A stretch of DNA of 64,000 bases, taken from contig CAZJVB010000003.1 of NCBI GenBank assembly GCA_964549435.1, positions 21,722-85,721 of the forward strand, in the 5' to 3' direction. This document shows, one piece after another, positions 38,976 to 47,961 of this stretch. The position numbers and the translations under genes are program-made. Source of the DNA: an uncultured Ruminococcus sp. (GTDB taxonomy: Bacteria > Bacillota > Clostridia > Oscillospirales > CAG-382). Each line of letters starts with the position of its first letter. Position 1 is the first letter of the stretch. The notes beneath the pieces were generated by a model. The model saw nothing but the letters and a program-made list of their open reading frames with translations. It did no database searches and had not been told where the DNA came from.

Positions 38976-40403
38976 ATGAACATCATCTACCTTCCCTTCA
39001 GTTATATTCTGAAAGCCTGCCTTTGGATCGCGCAGAACTCCTATCTGTTCGGTCTGCTCTTTTTCGCCTTGGTTTTTCAGCTTATTCTGTTTCCGCTTGC
39101 AATCAAGCAGCAGAAATCGCAGGTTTCCATGGCGAAAATCCGCCCGAAGGAGCTTGCCATCCGTGAAAAGTATGCCGGTCGTACCGACCGCGTCACGCAG
39201 CAGAAGATGCAGCAGGAAATTCAGGAGATGCATCAGCAGGAGGGCTACAGTCCTCTTTCCGGCTGTCTGCCGTTGTTGATTCATCTGCCGCTGGTTCTGA
39301 TTCTGTATGCCATCGTGCGCTATCCGGTACAGTATTCCTCCAGCTTTACGGACGCCGCGCAAAATCAGATTACCGCCGTCGTCACGGAAGCGCATGAGGA
39401 TCTGAATGCGGATGACGAAGGGTTTGCTGCGATTTTTGCGCAGTATGCGTTCGATTATGCGGAGAATATTCGCGAGCATCTGGTCGCCGGCAATGAAGCT
39501 GCCGCAGAAGCCGATAAGATTCTGACCGGCAAGCTCGGTAAGCTGGGGACATTGGAAACGCCGGAGGGCGACGATGCGGTCAAGGAATATGCAAACGGAA
39601 TGCAGATTTACACGCTGAACCGCAGTTCCGGCAATACATACCGCGAGCTGGGTGCAGCAGATATCATCGGCAATTACGGAGAGGCATACATCGAAAGTCT
39701 CCGAGCCAAGGGCGCGCTGGATGACAGCTATGACGCCGGCAGGTACCCGCTGTTCCTGACAGAGAACGACACCCAGCATTACTATGCAGATATGATGCCG
39801 AACTTTACGTTCTTAAAGATCAACCTGCTTCTTACGCCGTCGTTTGACGGCAACAATACCTGGCAGGACTGGATCCTTCTGCTGATCCCGCTGCTGGTTT
39901 TCCTGACCTCTTTCCTGAATATGAAGATCACCCGCCATTTTCAGCCGGCACAGACCGGCCCGGACGGCAATCCGGTCGGCGGCGGTCTGTTTATGACGGT
40001 CGGCATGCCGCTGATGTCTGCGGTGTTCTCCATGATGTTCCCTGCGGCAATCGGAGCCTACTGGGTATGGCGCACCCTACTTTCCATGGTGCAGCCGGTT
40101 ATCCTGCATAAAATGTATCCCATTCCGGTGCTTTCAGAGGAGGAGTTGGAGGCTGCCAAGCGCGAACTGAAAAGCAAACAGAAGCAGAAAAAGAAGAAAG
40201 TCATTACCATTGAGGTGGATGAAGACGACGATTCCTACGCCGAATTGGAGGTGAAAGGATCGTCCCGCGTAGAAAGCGCCCGTCCCAAACAGGAGGACGG
40301 CAAAAAGGAGCGCGCCGACCTGCCTTACCGCAAGCCGACGCACATTGAAATGCTTTCCGCTGACGAGGAAGAGGAGCAGGACGGACCGAAAGGTGACGCC
40401 TGA
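38976..40403 (+). CDS. yidC: YidC/Oxa1 membrane insertase with large extracytoplasmic loop
   Basis: LFPLAIKQQKS, GCLPLLI, PAAIGAYW; synteny with yidD and jag. Confidence 0.92.
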   Translation: MNIIYLPFSYILKACLWIAQNSYLFGLLFFALVFQLILFPLAIKQQKSQVSMAKIRPKELAIREKYAGRTDRVTQQKMQQEIQEMHQQEGYSPLSGCLPLLIHLPLVLILYAIVRYPVQYSSSFTDAAQNQITAVVTEAHEDLNADDEGFAAIFAQYAFDYAENIREHLVAGNEAAAEADKILTGKLGKLGTLETPEGDDAVKEYANGMQIYTLNRSSGNTYRELGAADIIGNYGEAYIESLRAKGALDDSYDAGRYPLFLTENDTQHYYADMMPNFTFLKINLLLTPSFDGNNTWQDWILLLIPLLVFLTSFLNMKITRHFQPAQTGPDGNPVGGGLFMTVGMPLMSAVFSMMFPAAIGAYWVWRTLLSMVQPVILHKMYPIPVLSEEELEAAKRELKSKQKQKKKKVITIEVDEDDDSYAELEVKGSSRVESARPKQEDGKKERADLPYRKPTHIEMLSADEEEEQDGPKGDA

Positions 40404-40448
40404 CATTTCTCGCCGATAAAGAAGTGAAAAAAGGACGGTGACTCTGTC

Positions 40449-41081
40449 ATGTTAAAGGAAGTTATCGCAACCGGCAAGACCGTTGCACTTGCACTGGAGG
40501 ATGGCGCAAAGCAGCTTGGCAAAACGCCGGAGCAAGTGGAGCATGAGGTGCTGGAGGAAGGCAAGAAAGGTCTGTTCGGCATCGGCGCAACCGATGCAAG
40601 GGTGCGTGTGTTCCTTCCGGAAACCCCTGCCCTCCGTGCAGTGGATTTTCTGGAAAAGCTGATCAAAAATATGAAGCTGGAAGCCGTTGTCGAGGTCGTC
40701 TCCGAACAGGAGGATGAGATCTCCCTGCAGGTGACAGGGGAAAATCTCGGCGTGCTGATCGGCCGCAGAGGGGATGTGCTGGATTCCCTGCAATATCTCA
40801 CAACACTTGCCGCCAATTTGGGCCGCACGGGCTATTTCCGCGTCTCTGTCGATGTACAGGGCTACCGCGCCAAACGCATTGAGATACTGCGCAATATCGC
40901 AAAACGGATGGCGGAAAAGGCTCTGAAGTATCACCGTTCATTCTCATTGGATCCCATGCCGGCTTATGAACGCCGCATCGTTCATGCCGCTTGTCAGGAG
41001 ATTCCCGGCGTCTTCACCCACTCTATCGGGGACGGTGCTGAACGCCGCATCGTGATCTCACCGGAAAAACCGGCAGAATAG
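40449..41081 (+). CDS. jag: Jag/EloR (KhpB) RNA-binding protein
   Basis: GKKGLFGIG, LIGRRG KH domain, ERRIVH R3H domain. Confidence 0.93.
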   Translation: MLKEVIATGKTVALALEDGAKQLGKTPEQVEHEVLEEGKKGLFGIGATDARVRVFLPETPALRAVDFLEKLIKNMKLEAVVEVVSEQEDEISLQVTGENLGVLIGRRGDVLDSLQYLTTLAANLGRTGYFRVSVDVQGYRAKRIEILRNIAKRMAEKALKYHRSFSLDPMPAYERRIVHAACQEIPGVFTHSIGDGAERRIVISPEKPAE

Positions 41082-41101
41082 TTATCAAAAACTGCAAAGT
41101 A

Positions 41102-41141
41102 AAGAGCTTCCGCAAATCACTTTTGTGGAAGCTCTTTTTTT
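41102..41141. terminator. Bidirectional terminator
   Basis: aagagcttccgcaaa..tttgtggaagctctttttt. Confidence 0.75.
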
Positions 41142-41194
41142 CGTGTACCGAATGACAGGAACGCCCCATCATGCTGATTACAACAGCCGCCGAC

Positions 41195-42244
41195 TCACAC
41201 GATTATGCCGCCTCCCAGCAGGAGATCTCCATCATATGCAACCGCCGCCTGTCCGGATGCAGCTACCGTTTCGCCCGGTTCCTCCAGACAGATCCGCACG
41301 CTGCCGTCCGCATAGGGAAACAGCATAGCGGGCTGTTCCTTTTGGTGATACCTTGTGCGAACGGATGCACGCAGCGGCGCAGACGACGGTTCCACCGACA
41401 CCCAGTTCCACTCCTTTGCAAGCAGCTCTCGAACCGGCAATTCCTTTGCCGTACAGAGAACAACACGATTCTGTGCCGCATCCTTATCACAGACATAGTA
41501 TGGCTCCGGCAGCGACAAGCCCAATCCACGCCGCTGTCCGACCGTATAACGGATCATTCCGCGATGATAACCCATCACCTGTCCCTGCCGATTCACAAAT
41601 ACTCCCGGCGGAAAAACTTTTCCGGTAAACCGCTCGATAAACGCTGCATAATCGTTGTCCGGAATAAAGCAGATATCCTGACTTTCCGGCTTATCTGCAC
41701 GGAAAAAGCCCTGTTCTTCTGCGATTCTTCTCGATTCCGACTTGGTAAGAGTTCCCAGCGGAAACAGCGTATGCTTCAACTGCTCCTGCGTGAGCATATA
41801 TAACACATAGCTCTGATCCTTGGAGAGATCTGCCGCTTTTCTCAGCGTATACCGCCCGTTTTTCCGTTCAATGCGCGCGTAATGACCGGTCGCAACAAAA
41901 GCGGCGCCCGCATGCTTCGCCTCCTCAAGCAGCCTGCCAAGCTTCAGCCGGCGATTGCAGAAGAGACAGGGGTTCGGTGTTTCGCCGTTCTCATAACCTT
42001 CAGCAAACGGCGTCATAACCGTGTCCCGAAATACCTGACGGAAATCAAAGACACGATGGGGAATCCCCAGCACTTCCGCGACGGACCGCGCATCCCGGAT
42101 ATTTTCTTCCGTGCCGCAGCCATCCAACAGCCGCATTGTCACGCCGGTACAATGATATCCCTCTCTCTGTAGCAGCCAAGCAGCTACCGCGCTGTCTATA
42201 CCGCCGCTCATCGCGACAAATACGCTGCCGATGCTCGCTTTCAT
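41195..42244 (-). CDS. mnmA: tRNA 2-thiouridine(34) synthase
   Basis: AMSGGIDS, TPNPC..CN, ATGHYA, KDQSY, ESQDICF, YTVGQRRGLG. Confidence 0.93.
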   Translation of the reverse strand: MKASIGSVFVAMSGGIDSAVAAWLLQREGYHCTGVTMRLLDGCGTEENIRDARSVAEVLGIPHRVFDFRQVFRDTVMTPFAEGYENGETPNPCLFCNRRLKLGRLLEEAKHAGAAFVATGHYARIERKNGRYTLRKAADLSKDQSYVLYMLTQEQLKHTLFPLGTLTKSESRRIAEEQGFFRADKPESQDICFIPDNDYAAFIERFTGKVFPPGVFVNRQGQVMGYHRGMIRYTVGQRRGLGLSLPEPYYVCDKDAAQNRVVLCTAKELPVRELLAKEWNWVSVEPSSAPLRASVRTRYHQKEQPAMLFPYADGSVRICLEEPGETVAASGQAAVAYDGDLLLGGGIIV

Positions 42245-42268
42245 AACGCATCCTTTCTTTTTTTTGCC

Positions 42269-42362
42269 AGTATAGACGGTTTTCGGCGGTTTGTCAAGAC
42301 CGGCGACGGTTTTTGTCTCTTTCTGTTTAGTTCTTGACAAGCCGAAGGGAAAGAAGTATACT
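42269..42362. promoter_or_regulatory. Divergent sigmaA promoters for mnmA and the lipid kinase
   Basis: TTGACA-17-TATACT on both strands (42297-42269 and 42334-42362). Confidence 0.7.
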
Positions 42363-42421
42363 GAAGTATACTATGGAAAAGGCTGCAAAAGCGCCTCGCG
42401 ACAGGAAAGGAAGGGCTCCTG

Positions 42422-43348
42422 ATGACCGATCATCTCTTTATCGTCAATCCTGCGGCTGGAAAAACCGACCGCACCGAATTCATTACCAAAGCCGTTATGG
42501 AGATTCCCGCAGAAGGAAACGTCAGCATCTATACGACGACAGCACCCGGTGACGGTGAACGCTATGTCTACGACCGGCTTCGGAATGCGCAAAACCCTAC
42601 GCGCGTCTATGCCTGCGGCGGTGACGGTACCTTGAACGAGGTTGCGCAGGGCATCTATCTCTCCGGCAACCGGAATGTCGCGCTGGGTATGCTTCCGACT
42701 GGCTCCGGAAACGATTTCATTCGCTCCTTCCGTATTCCGGAAAGCCGTTTTCGATCCGTCCACGATATGATGAACGGGAAAACGGTTCCGTGCGATTTGA
42801 TTCTTATCACAGATGACGCCGATACGGTACGCGTCTGCATCAATATTGCCAGCGCGGGCTTTGACGCGGCGGTCTGCCGTGGAATGGAGACCTTTAAGCG
42901 TGTGCCGCTGATCAGCGGCAGCGCCGCCTATAAGCTGTCCCTGATCCGGCAGCTGATGGGACATCTCGGTCATTCGTTCACCGTTTTGGCAGACGGAGAA
43001 ACGGTCGGTGCCGGGTTAAAGGACGAATATCTCTTCGTCCTCGGTGCGAACGGAAAATATTACGGAGGCGGTTTCAAGGCGTCCCCGACAAGTGAAACGG
43101 ATGATGGGATGATGGATCTGATCCTGATCGAAAGTCTGTCCCGCAGTGATTTTGCAAGGCTGATTAACGATTACCGTAAAGGCACCTATTTTGATAAGTT
43201 GTCCGGTCGGATGGCGCATCGACGCGTACGGTCTATGCAGATCCTTTCGGAGCAGCCGCTGGATATGAACCTTGACGGGGAAACGGTATCTATGCAGAAC
43301 CCGATGCTGACGCTGCTTCCCTCTGCGCTGCAACTGATTTTACCGTAA
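42422..43348 (+). CDS. Diacylglycerol/lipid kinase family (YegS/DgkB-like)
   Basis: NPAAG, GGDGTLNE, PTGSGNDF, YGGG, DDG, LDGE. Confidence 0.9.
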   Translation: MTDHLFIVNPAAGKTDRTEFITKAVMEIPAEGNVSIYTTTAPGDGERYVYDRLRNAQNPTRVYACGGDGTLNEVAQGIYLSGNRNVALGMLPTGSGNDFIRSFRIPESRFRSVHDMMNGKTVPCDLILITDDADTVRVCINIASAGFDAAVCRGMETFKRVPLISGSAAYKLSLIRQLMGHLGHSFTVLADGETVGAGLKDEYLFVLGANGKYYGGGFKASPTSETDDGMMDLILIESLSRSDFARLINDYRKGTYFDKLSGRMAHRRVRSMQILSEQPLDMNLDGETVSMQNPMLTLLPSALQLILP

Positions 43349-43349
43349 T

Positions 43350-43382
43350 AAAAAGCCGGGAGGACTCCTCTCCGGCTTTTTT
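43350..43382. terminator. Bidirectional terminator
   Basis: aaaaagccgggag..ctccggcttttt. Confidence 0.7.
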
Positions 43383-43437
43383 CTGCTCTTATTTCAGTAA
43401 GAAGAACAACATCTCTCCCTTGGGGGATCTTTTTCAT

Positions 43438-45018
43438 TTACCCGAGCGCAAGCGGATAAATCGCTGCTGAGCAAACTGCAAACACACAGGCGCAGACGAT
43501 CAACACACTGCGAGTAATAACGGCTGCCCGGCGACTGCTTTCTCCGAGACGCCGCAGAAGCACACCGTAAAACACCGCACCGATCAACAGGGTCGGGACA
43601 ATATACCGGAAATCCATGGAACAGAAATGCGGATATTCGAAACAAAACAGCACATAGCTGCCCATCATGCACACCCAATACAACACCAAAAAGGTCAAAA
43701 CCGCTCTGCCAAAGCCAAATCGTTCATAGAACGTACAGCCGTCCTTTTTTCGGACTGCGTGATATATGCTGTATACAATGCCTCCAAGAAATGCAAGGAC
43801 AAGCAGCACGTTTATCCAGAACAGCAGTGTCGCGACCGCATCATACAGCCCGACGTCCTTCCAAACAGAATATTCCCCAAACAAAGACATCTTGAGGATT
43901 GCCAGCGGAATACAGTGTTCAAAATACAAAGCACCCTGCACGCCGGTCCGCATCGGATATACGCCAAAATCGGTAAGAGAGCCGAAATCAAAAAACCGCT
44001 GGACGGTGGAAAAGCCGCCGAGATACTGATCCGCATTGACGGACAGTTTGGGGACATACGTCAGCGGCACATCGAACAGTACGGCGTTCCGTACCTGCCA
44101 TCCGATACCCAGAGGAATACAGATCAATCCGAAAACAAAGAATTGCAGAAATAGCATGCCTTTCTGTTTTCCTCCCTTCACCGTACACAAACGGTACAGG
44201 AACAGAAACGCTACCGCCGGCGCAATGACACCGGTCGCCAGCTTGGCAAGCATGGCACAACCGATACAGCAGGCAAGTGCAATGATTCGCGGAAAGGTTT
44301 GCTTTTCCATCCATTCGAGTGCAGCCCATACTGCAAGCAGGGCAAACATCACGCTCATACAGTCGTTATTGATACTGCCGGACAAGAGAAAGAACGTCGG
44401 ATGAAAGGCAAACAGACACAGCGCCGCCAACAACGGCGTTCCCTTTATATTCAGCAATCTGAGTATACGGAAAGCAGCATACAGAGCAACCATAGAATAG
44501 AACAGCGTTAAAATCTGTATATTCTCCGCAGCCGTATCAAAGGGGATATTAACGGCAAGCTGCAGCTTCATCCAAAAAGCAGCAACAATATGATGAAGCG
44601 GCGGATGGTAGAACTGACTCTTTCCGATCACATTGAAATCCGGCAGGTGTCCTTCCTCCATCAGATAGCGGATATATCCGGTATGCCCGTAATTATTTTC
44701 TGTCTTGCCGAAATAGGACGTATCATGCTGATATGATGTGATGCTGATATTCAGCACATAACAAAGTCTTGCCGCAAATGCCAGTAAGAACAGCAATACC
44801 AGCAGCTTCTCTTCCGTCAGCGCGCCTGTATATTTCCAGTAAACGACAAGCACACAGCAGATAAAAATCACGCAGAGAAGTAACCATTTGAACAGATTCC
44901 CCGGCTTACTCACCAAACAGCCCCACATCCCGCCTGCTACCGAGCCTGCAAGAAGCAGCAGAATGCAGAACAAACCGCTCTCCAACAGGCTTTTCTTTCT
45001 TTGTTTCTCCGTTTCCAA
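43438..45018 (-). CDS. GT-C fold (ArnT/GT39-like) polytopic glycosyltransferase
   Basis: Many TM helices, YQHD, YHPPL, INND, FRY; start inferred from RBS and promoter at 45068-45096. Confidence 0.75.
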   Translation of the reverse strand: METEKQRKKSLLESGLFCILLLLAGSVAGGMWGCLVSKPGNLFKWLLLCVIFICCVLVVYWKYTGALTEEKLLVLLFLLAFAARLCYVLNISITSYQHDTSYFGKTENNYGHTGYIRYLMEEGHLPDFNVIGKSQFYHPPLHHIVAAFWMKLQLAVNIPFDTAAENIQILTLFYSMVALYAAFRILRLLNIKGTPLLAALCLFAFHPTFFLLSGSINNDCMSVMFALLAVWAALEWMEKQTFPRIIALACCIGCAMLAKLATGVIAPAVAFLFLYRLCTVKGGKQKGMLFLQFFVFGLICIPLGIGWQVRNAVLFDVPLTYVPKLSVNADQYLGGFSTVQRFFDFGSLTDFGVYPMRTGVQGALYFEHCIPLAILKMSLFGEYSVWKDVGLYDAVATLLFWINVLLVLAFLGGIVYSIYHAVRKKDGCTFYERFGFGRAVLTFLVLYWVCMMGSYVLFCFEYPHFCSMDFRYIVPTLLIGAVFYGVLLRRLGESSRRAAVITRSVLIVCACVFAVCSAAIYPLALG

Positions 45019-45173
45019 CAATAGCCCCCCTTTGACTGACTGCACTTCCTTGTTTTTCTTTTCGCTCATTGTAACAAACAGAGCGTGTTTTGTCAAGAGC
45101 GGATTGCCGCAGGAACCGGCTGATGCAACGCCGTTTTCCTGAAAATATCCGAAAGGAAAATATGCTGCAGGAC

Positions 45174-45202
45174 TTGATTTTCTTTCAAATATATTATATA
45201 AT
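45174..45202 (+). promoter_or_regulatory. dnaA promoter
   Basis: TTGATT-17-TATAAT. Confidence 0.6.
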
Positions 45203-45251
45203 AGATTGATAAGACCCGGTGTCACGGTGTGATACAATGGGAAAAGCATAG

Positions 45252-46586
45252 GTGATGAGAATGGATCAATTTTCTGAGTTGAAAACTTTTGTTCTGGAAG
45301 AATTAAAAAAGCGATATCCTATCACAAGCATCACCCTATGGTTTGAGCCGATGGAAATCATAGAGCTCGCAGGGACGGAAGTCACACTGCTCTTTCCGGA
45401 TACCCGAAAAAAATTTGTGGAAGCCAATTATCTTCCGGTTCTACAGGATATCTTTTCTTCTGTAATGGGCGCACCGGTGACATTAAAACTGACGACGCCC
45501 GCACAGCAATCCGCAGATCAGAATCCAACGGATCCGGAAGAGGATATACAGAGTACCGCTTACCTGACACGCTTCAATCCGAATTACACTTTTGAAAATT
45601 TCATTGTCGGCAAATCCAACCAGCTTGCGCAGACTTCTGCCGTCGCTGTCGCAAAAAATCCGTTTCATCTGAACAATCCGCTGTATTTATACGGTCCGAG
45701 CGGCTTAGGCAAAACGCACCTGCTGTTCGCCATTATCAATAAACTGCGTGAAGATCATCCGGAATATCGGATTCTGTATGTCACAGGCGAAGAATTTACC
45801 AACGAACTGATCGAATCGCTGGCACAGCATAAACCGGTCGCCTTTCGCGAAAAGTACCGCAGTTTGGATGTCCTGTTAGTAGACGACATCCAATTTATCG
45901 CCGGAAAGCTCGGCATTCAAGAGGAATTCTTTCATACCTTTGAAGCGTTATTCCAGAAAAATAAGCAATTGATCATCGCTTCAGATGTATCTCCGGATCA
46001 GATCAACAGCTTGGAAGACCGTCTGAAAACACGCTTTTCCATGGGATTAGTCGCGGACATCCAGCCGCCGGACATAGAACTTCGCACCGCAATTTTTCGC
46101 CGGAAAGCACTGGACTACGGATTTGATCTGGATTATTCCGTCCTTTCCTATCTCGCGCAGCATATTACAAAAAATATCCGGCAGATCGAAGGCGCCATCA
46201 AAAAGCTGCGCGCCAACTGCCTGATTACCGGTGATAAATGCACCGTACAGATGGCGGAACGCATTCTCGGAGAATTCCTGCGCTCACAGGAATCCGAAGA
46301 AAGTATCGTAGAAAAAATCCTCACCTGTACTTCCAAAAAATATATCGTTTCCCGTGAAGATCTGCTTGGCACCAAGCGAACAGCAAATATCGCGTTTGCG
46401 CGCCATTTCGCTATCTATCTGGTGCGGAAAAAAACTTCCTACTCACAAAAGCAAATCGCCAAGCTGTTCAACAAGAAAGATCATACCACGGTAATGAATT
46501 CCATCAACGTAATCGAGGAAAAAATTCATACGGACCCCCTGTTTGCAAGAGACATTGCACTCATTATGGACGAACTGAACGAGTAA
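45252..46586 (+). CDS. dnaA: Chromosomal replication initiator DnaA
   Basis: YTFENFIVG, YGPSGLGKTHL, DDIQF, QEEFFHTF, KDHTTV. Confidence 0.97.
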   Translation: MMRMDQFSELKTFVLEELKKRYPITSITLWFEPMEIIELAGTEVTLLFPDTRKKFVEANYLPVLQDIFSSVMGAPVTLKLTTPAQQSADQNPTDPEEDIQSTAYLTRFNPNYTFENFIVGKSNQLAQTSAVAVAKNPFHLNNPLYLYGPSGLGKTHLLFAIINKLREDHPEYRILYVTGEEFTNELIESLAQHKPVAFREKYRSLDVLLVDDIQFIAGKLGIQEEFFHTFEALFQKNKQLIIASDVSPDQINSLEDRLKTRFSMGLVADIQPPDIELRTAIFRRKALDYGFDLDYSVLSYLAQHITKNIRQIEGAIKKLRANCLITGDKCTVQMAERILGEFLRSQESEESIVEKILTCTSKKYIVSREDLLGTKRTANIAFARHFAIYLVRKKTSYSQKQIAKLFNKKDHTTVMNSINVIEEKIHTDPLFARDIALIMDELNE

Positions 46587-46827
46587 CGAACTCCCCTTTG
46601 TGGACGTTTTGTGGAAACCTGTGGACAGCTGACCGGCTTTTCCACACTGCCGAAAAGGACTTGTCCACAGCAAAAAGACCGACGCTACAGGCATGCAAGA
46701 CACTTTTCCACATATTCCGCGATCCTACTAAGACGACTACTACTTCCATGTACCTTTTAAGTATCACCTGAAGGGTAGACGTCGCAGCCCTCAGCTTCTC
46801 AAAATTACAGAAAGGAAAGGTCACTTT
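46587..46827. other. Replication origin oriC (DnaA-box cluster + DnaA-trios)
   Basis: Six TCCACA-core boxes (46599, 46610, 46620 reverse; 46638, 46661, 46704 forward), then CCGCG and CTA-CTA-AGA-CGA-CTA-CTA trios at 46725-46742. Confidence 0.85.
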
Positions 46828-47952
46828 ATGGCTATCCAATTCTTATCCGATAAAAAAACACTGTTAAGTCTGATTCAGCCGGCTTTGGCTGCCACCTCCA
46901 CCAAAAGCACATTGCCGGCACTGGAGGGCTTGCTGTTCCGCTTAGAGGACAATCTGCTGACCGTTTGCGGTTACGATCTGGAAAAAGGAGTCCGTACGCG
47001 TGGTGTCGTTGTTCCGAAACAGCCGGGCGCGGTGATTCTCAATGCGCAGAAGGTTGCCGCTATTATAAAAAACCTGCCAGATTGTGATATCAGCTTTGAA
47101 GCGGATGAAAAGAATATGGTGCACATTTCCGGCGGCATGAGCGACTTTACCATTCACGGATTGACGGCGGAAGCGTTTCCGAGCATGCCGGAGCTGGGCG
47201 GGGAAAATGCCTTCTGTATCAGTCAGAGTTTGATGCGGGAAATCATTGCTTCTACCTGCTTTGCCGTATCGCAGGTAGATGCGCGTCCGATCCTGACAGG
47301 AGAATTTTTCCACATTGAAAATCGCTCCATCACGGCGGTTGCACTGGATAACTTTCGCCTTGCACTATGGGAAGAACGGGAATGTATCTTTGATAATGAA
47401 AGCTCTTTCAGTTTTGTTGTGCCGGGAAAATCGTTGGTGGAGCTGTCGCGGCTTCTGCGCGACACGGACGATATGCTGCGGGTAGAGTTCACGGCAAAGT
47501 ACGTTATTTTCAAATTGGACGATTTGGTGCTGTTCTCGCGGTTGTTGGAAGGGGAATATCTGGACTATAAACGGGCAATCCCAAAGCAGAACAAAATTTT
47601 TGTCAAGCTGAACCGGCAGGCGTTCGAGGAATCGGTATCGCGTGCGTCGCTGTTGGTAGATGAAAAATTGAAAACGCCGCTGCGCTGCCGGTTTGAAGGA
47701 AACATTCTCAATATTACCTGCTCTACGCAGTACGGAAAGGTCAATGACCATCTGCAGATCAGTAAGGAAGGGGACGATTTGGAAATCGGTCTCAATAACC
47801 GGTATCTTCTGGATGCGCTGCATGCCTGCCGGGATGAGGAGCTGTTGGTTTCTATGTCTACGCCGTTTATGTCCATGATCATACAGCCGGTCAATCCGTC
47901 TGATACCGGCTCGTATCTTTATATGGTTCTGCCGGTGAAACTGAAAGATTGA
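46828..47952 (+). CDS. dnaN: DNA polymerase III beta clamp
   Basis: RPILTG, DNFRLA, SRLLEGEYLDY, VLPVK. Confidence 0.96.
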   Translation: MAIQFLSDKKTLLSLIQPALAATSTKSTLPALEGLLFRLEDNLLTVCGYDLEKGVRTRGVVVPKQPGAVILNAQKVAAIIKNLPDCDISFEADEKNMVHISGGMSDFTIHGLTAEAFPSMPELGGENAFCISQSLMREIIASTCFAVSQVDARPILTGEFFHIENRSITAVALDNFRLALWEERECIFDNESSFSFVVPGKSLVELSRLLRDTDDMLRVEFTAKYVIFKLDDLVLFSRLLEGEYLDYKRAIPKQNKIFVKLNRQAFEESVSRASLLVDEKLKTPLRCRFEGNILNITCSTQYGKVNDHLQISKEGDDLEIGLNNRYLLDALHACRDEELLVSMSTPFMSMIIQPVNPSDTGSYLYMVLPVKLKD

Positions 47953-47961
47953 CAAGCAGTC

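Noticed and set aside
41124-41132. DnaA-box-like TGTGGAAGC after jag
   Set aside because: A single copy that forms one arm of the terminator stem.
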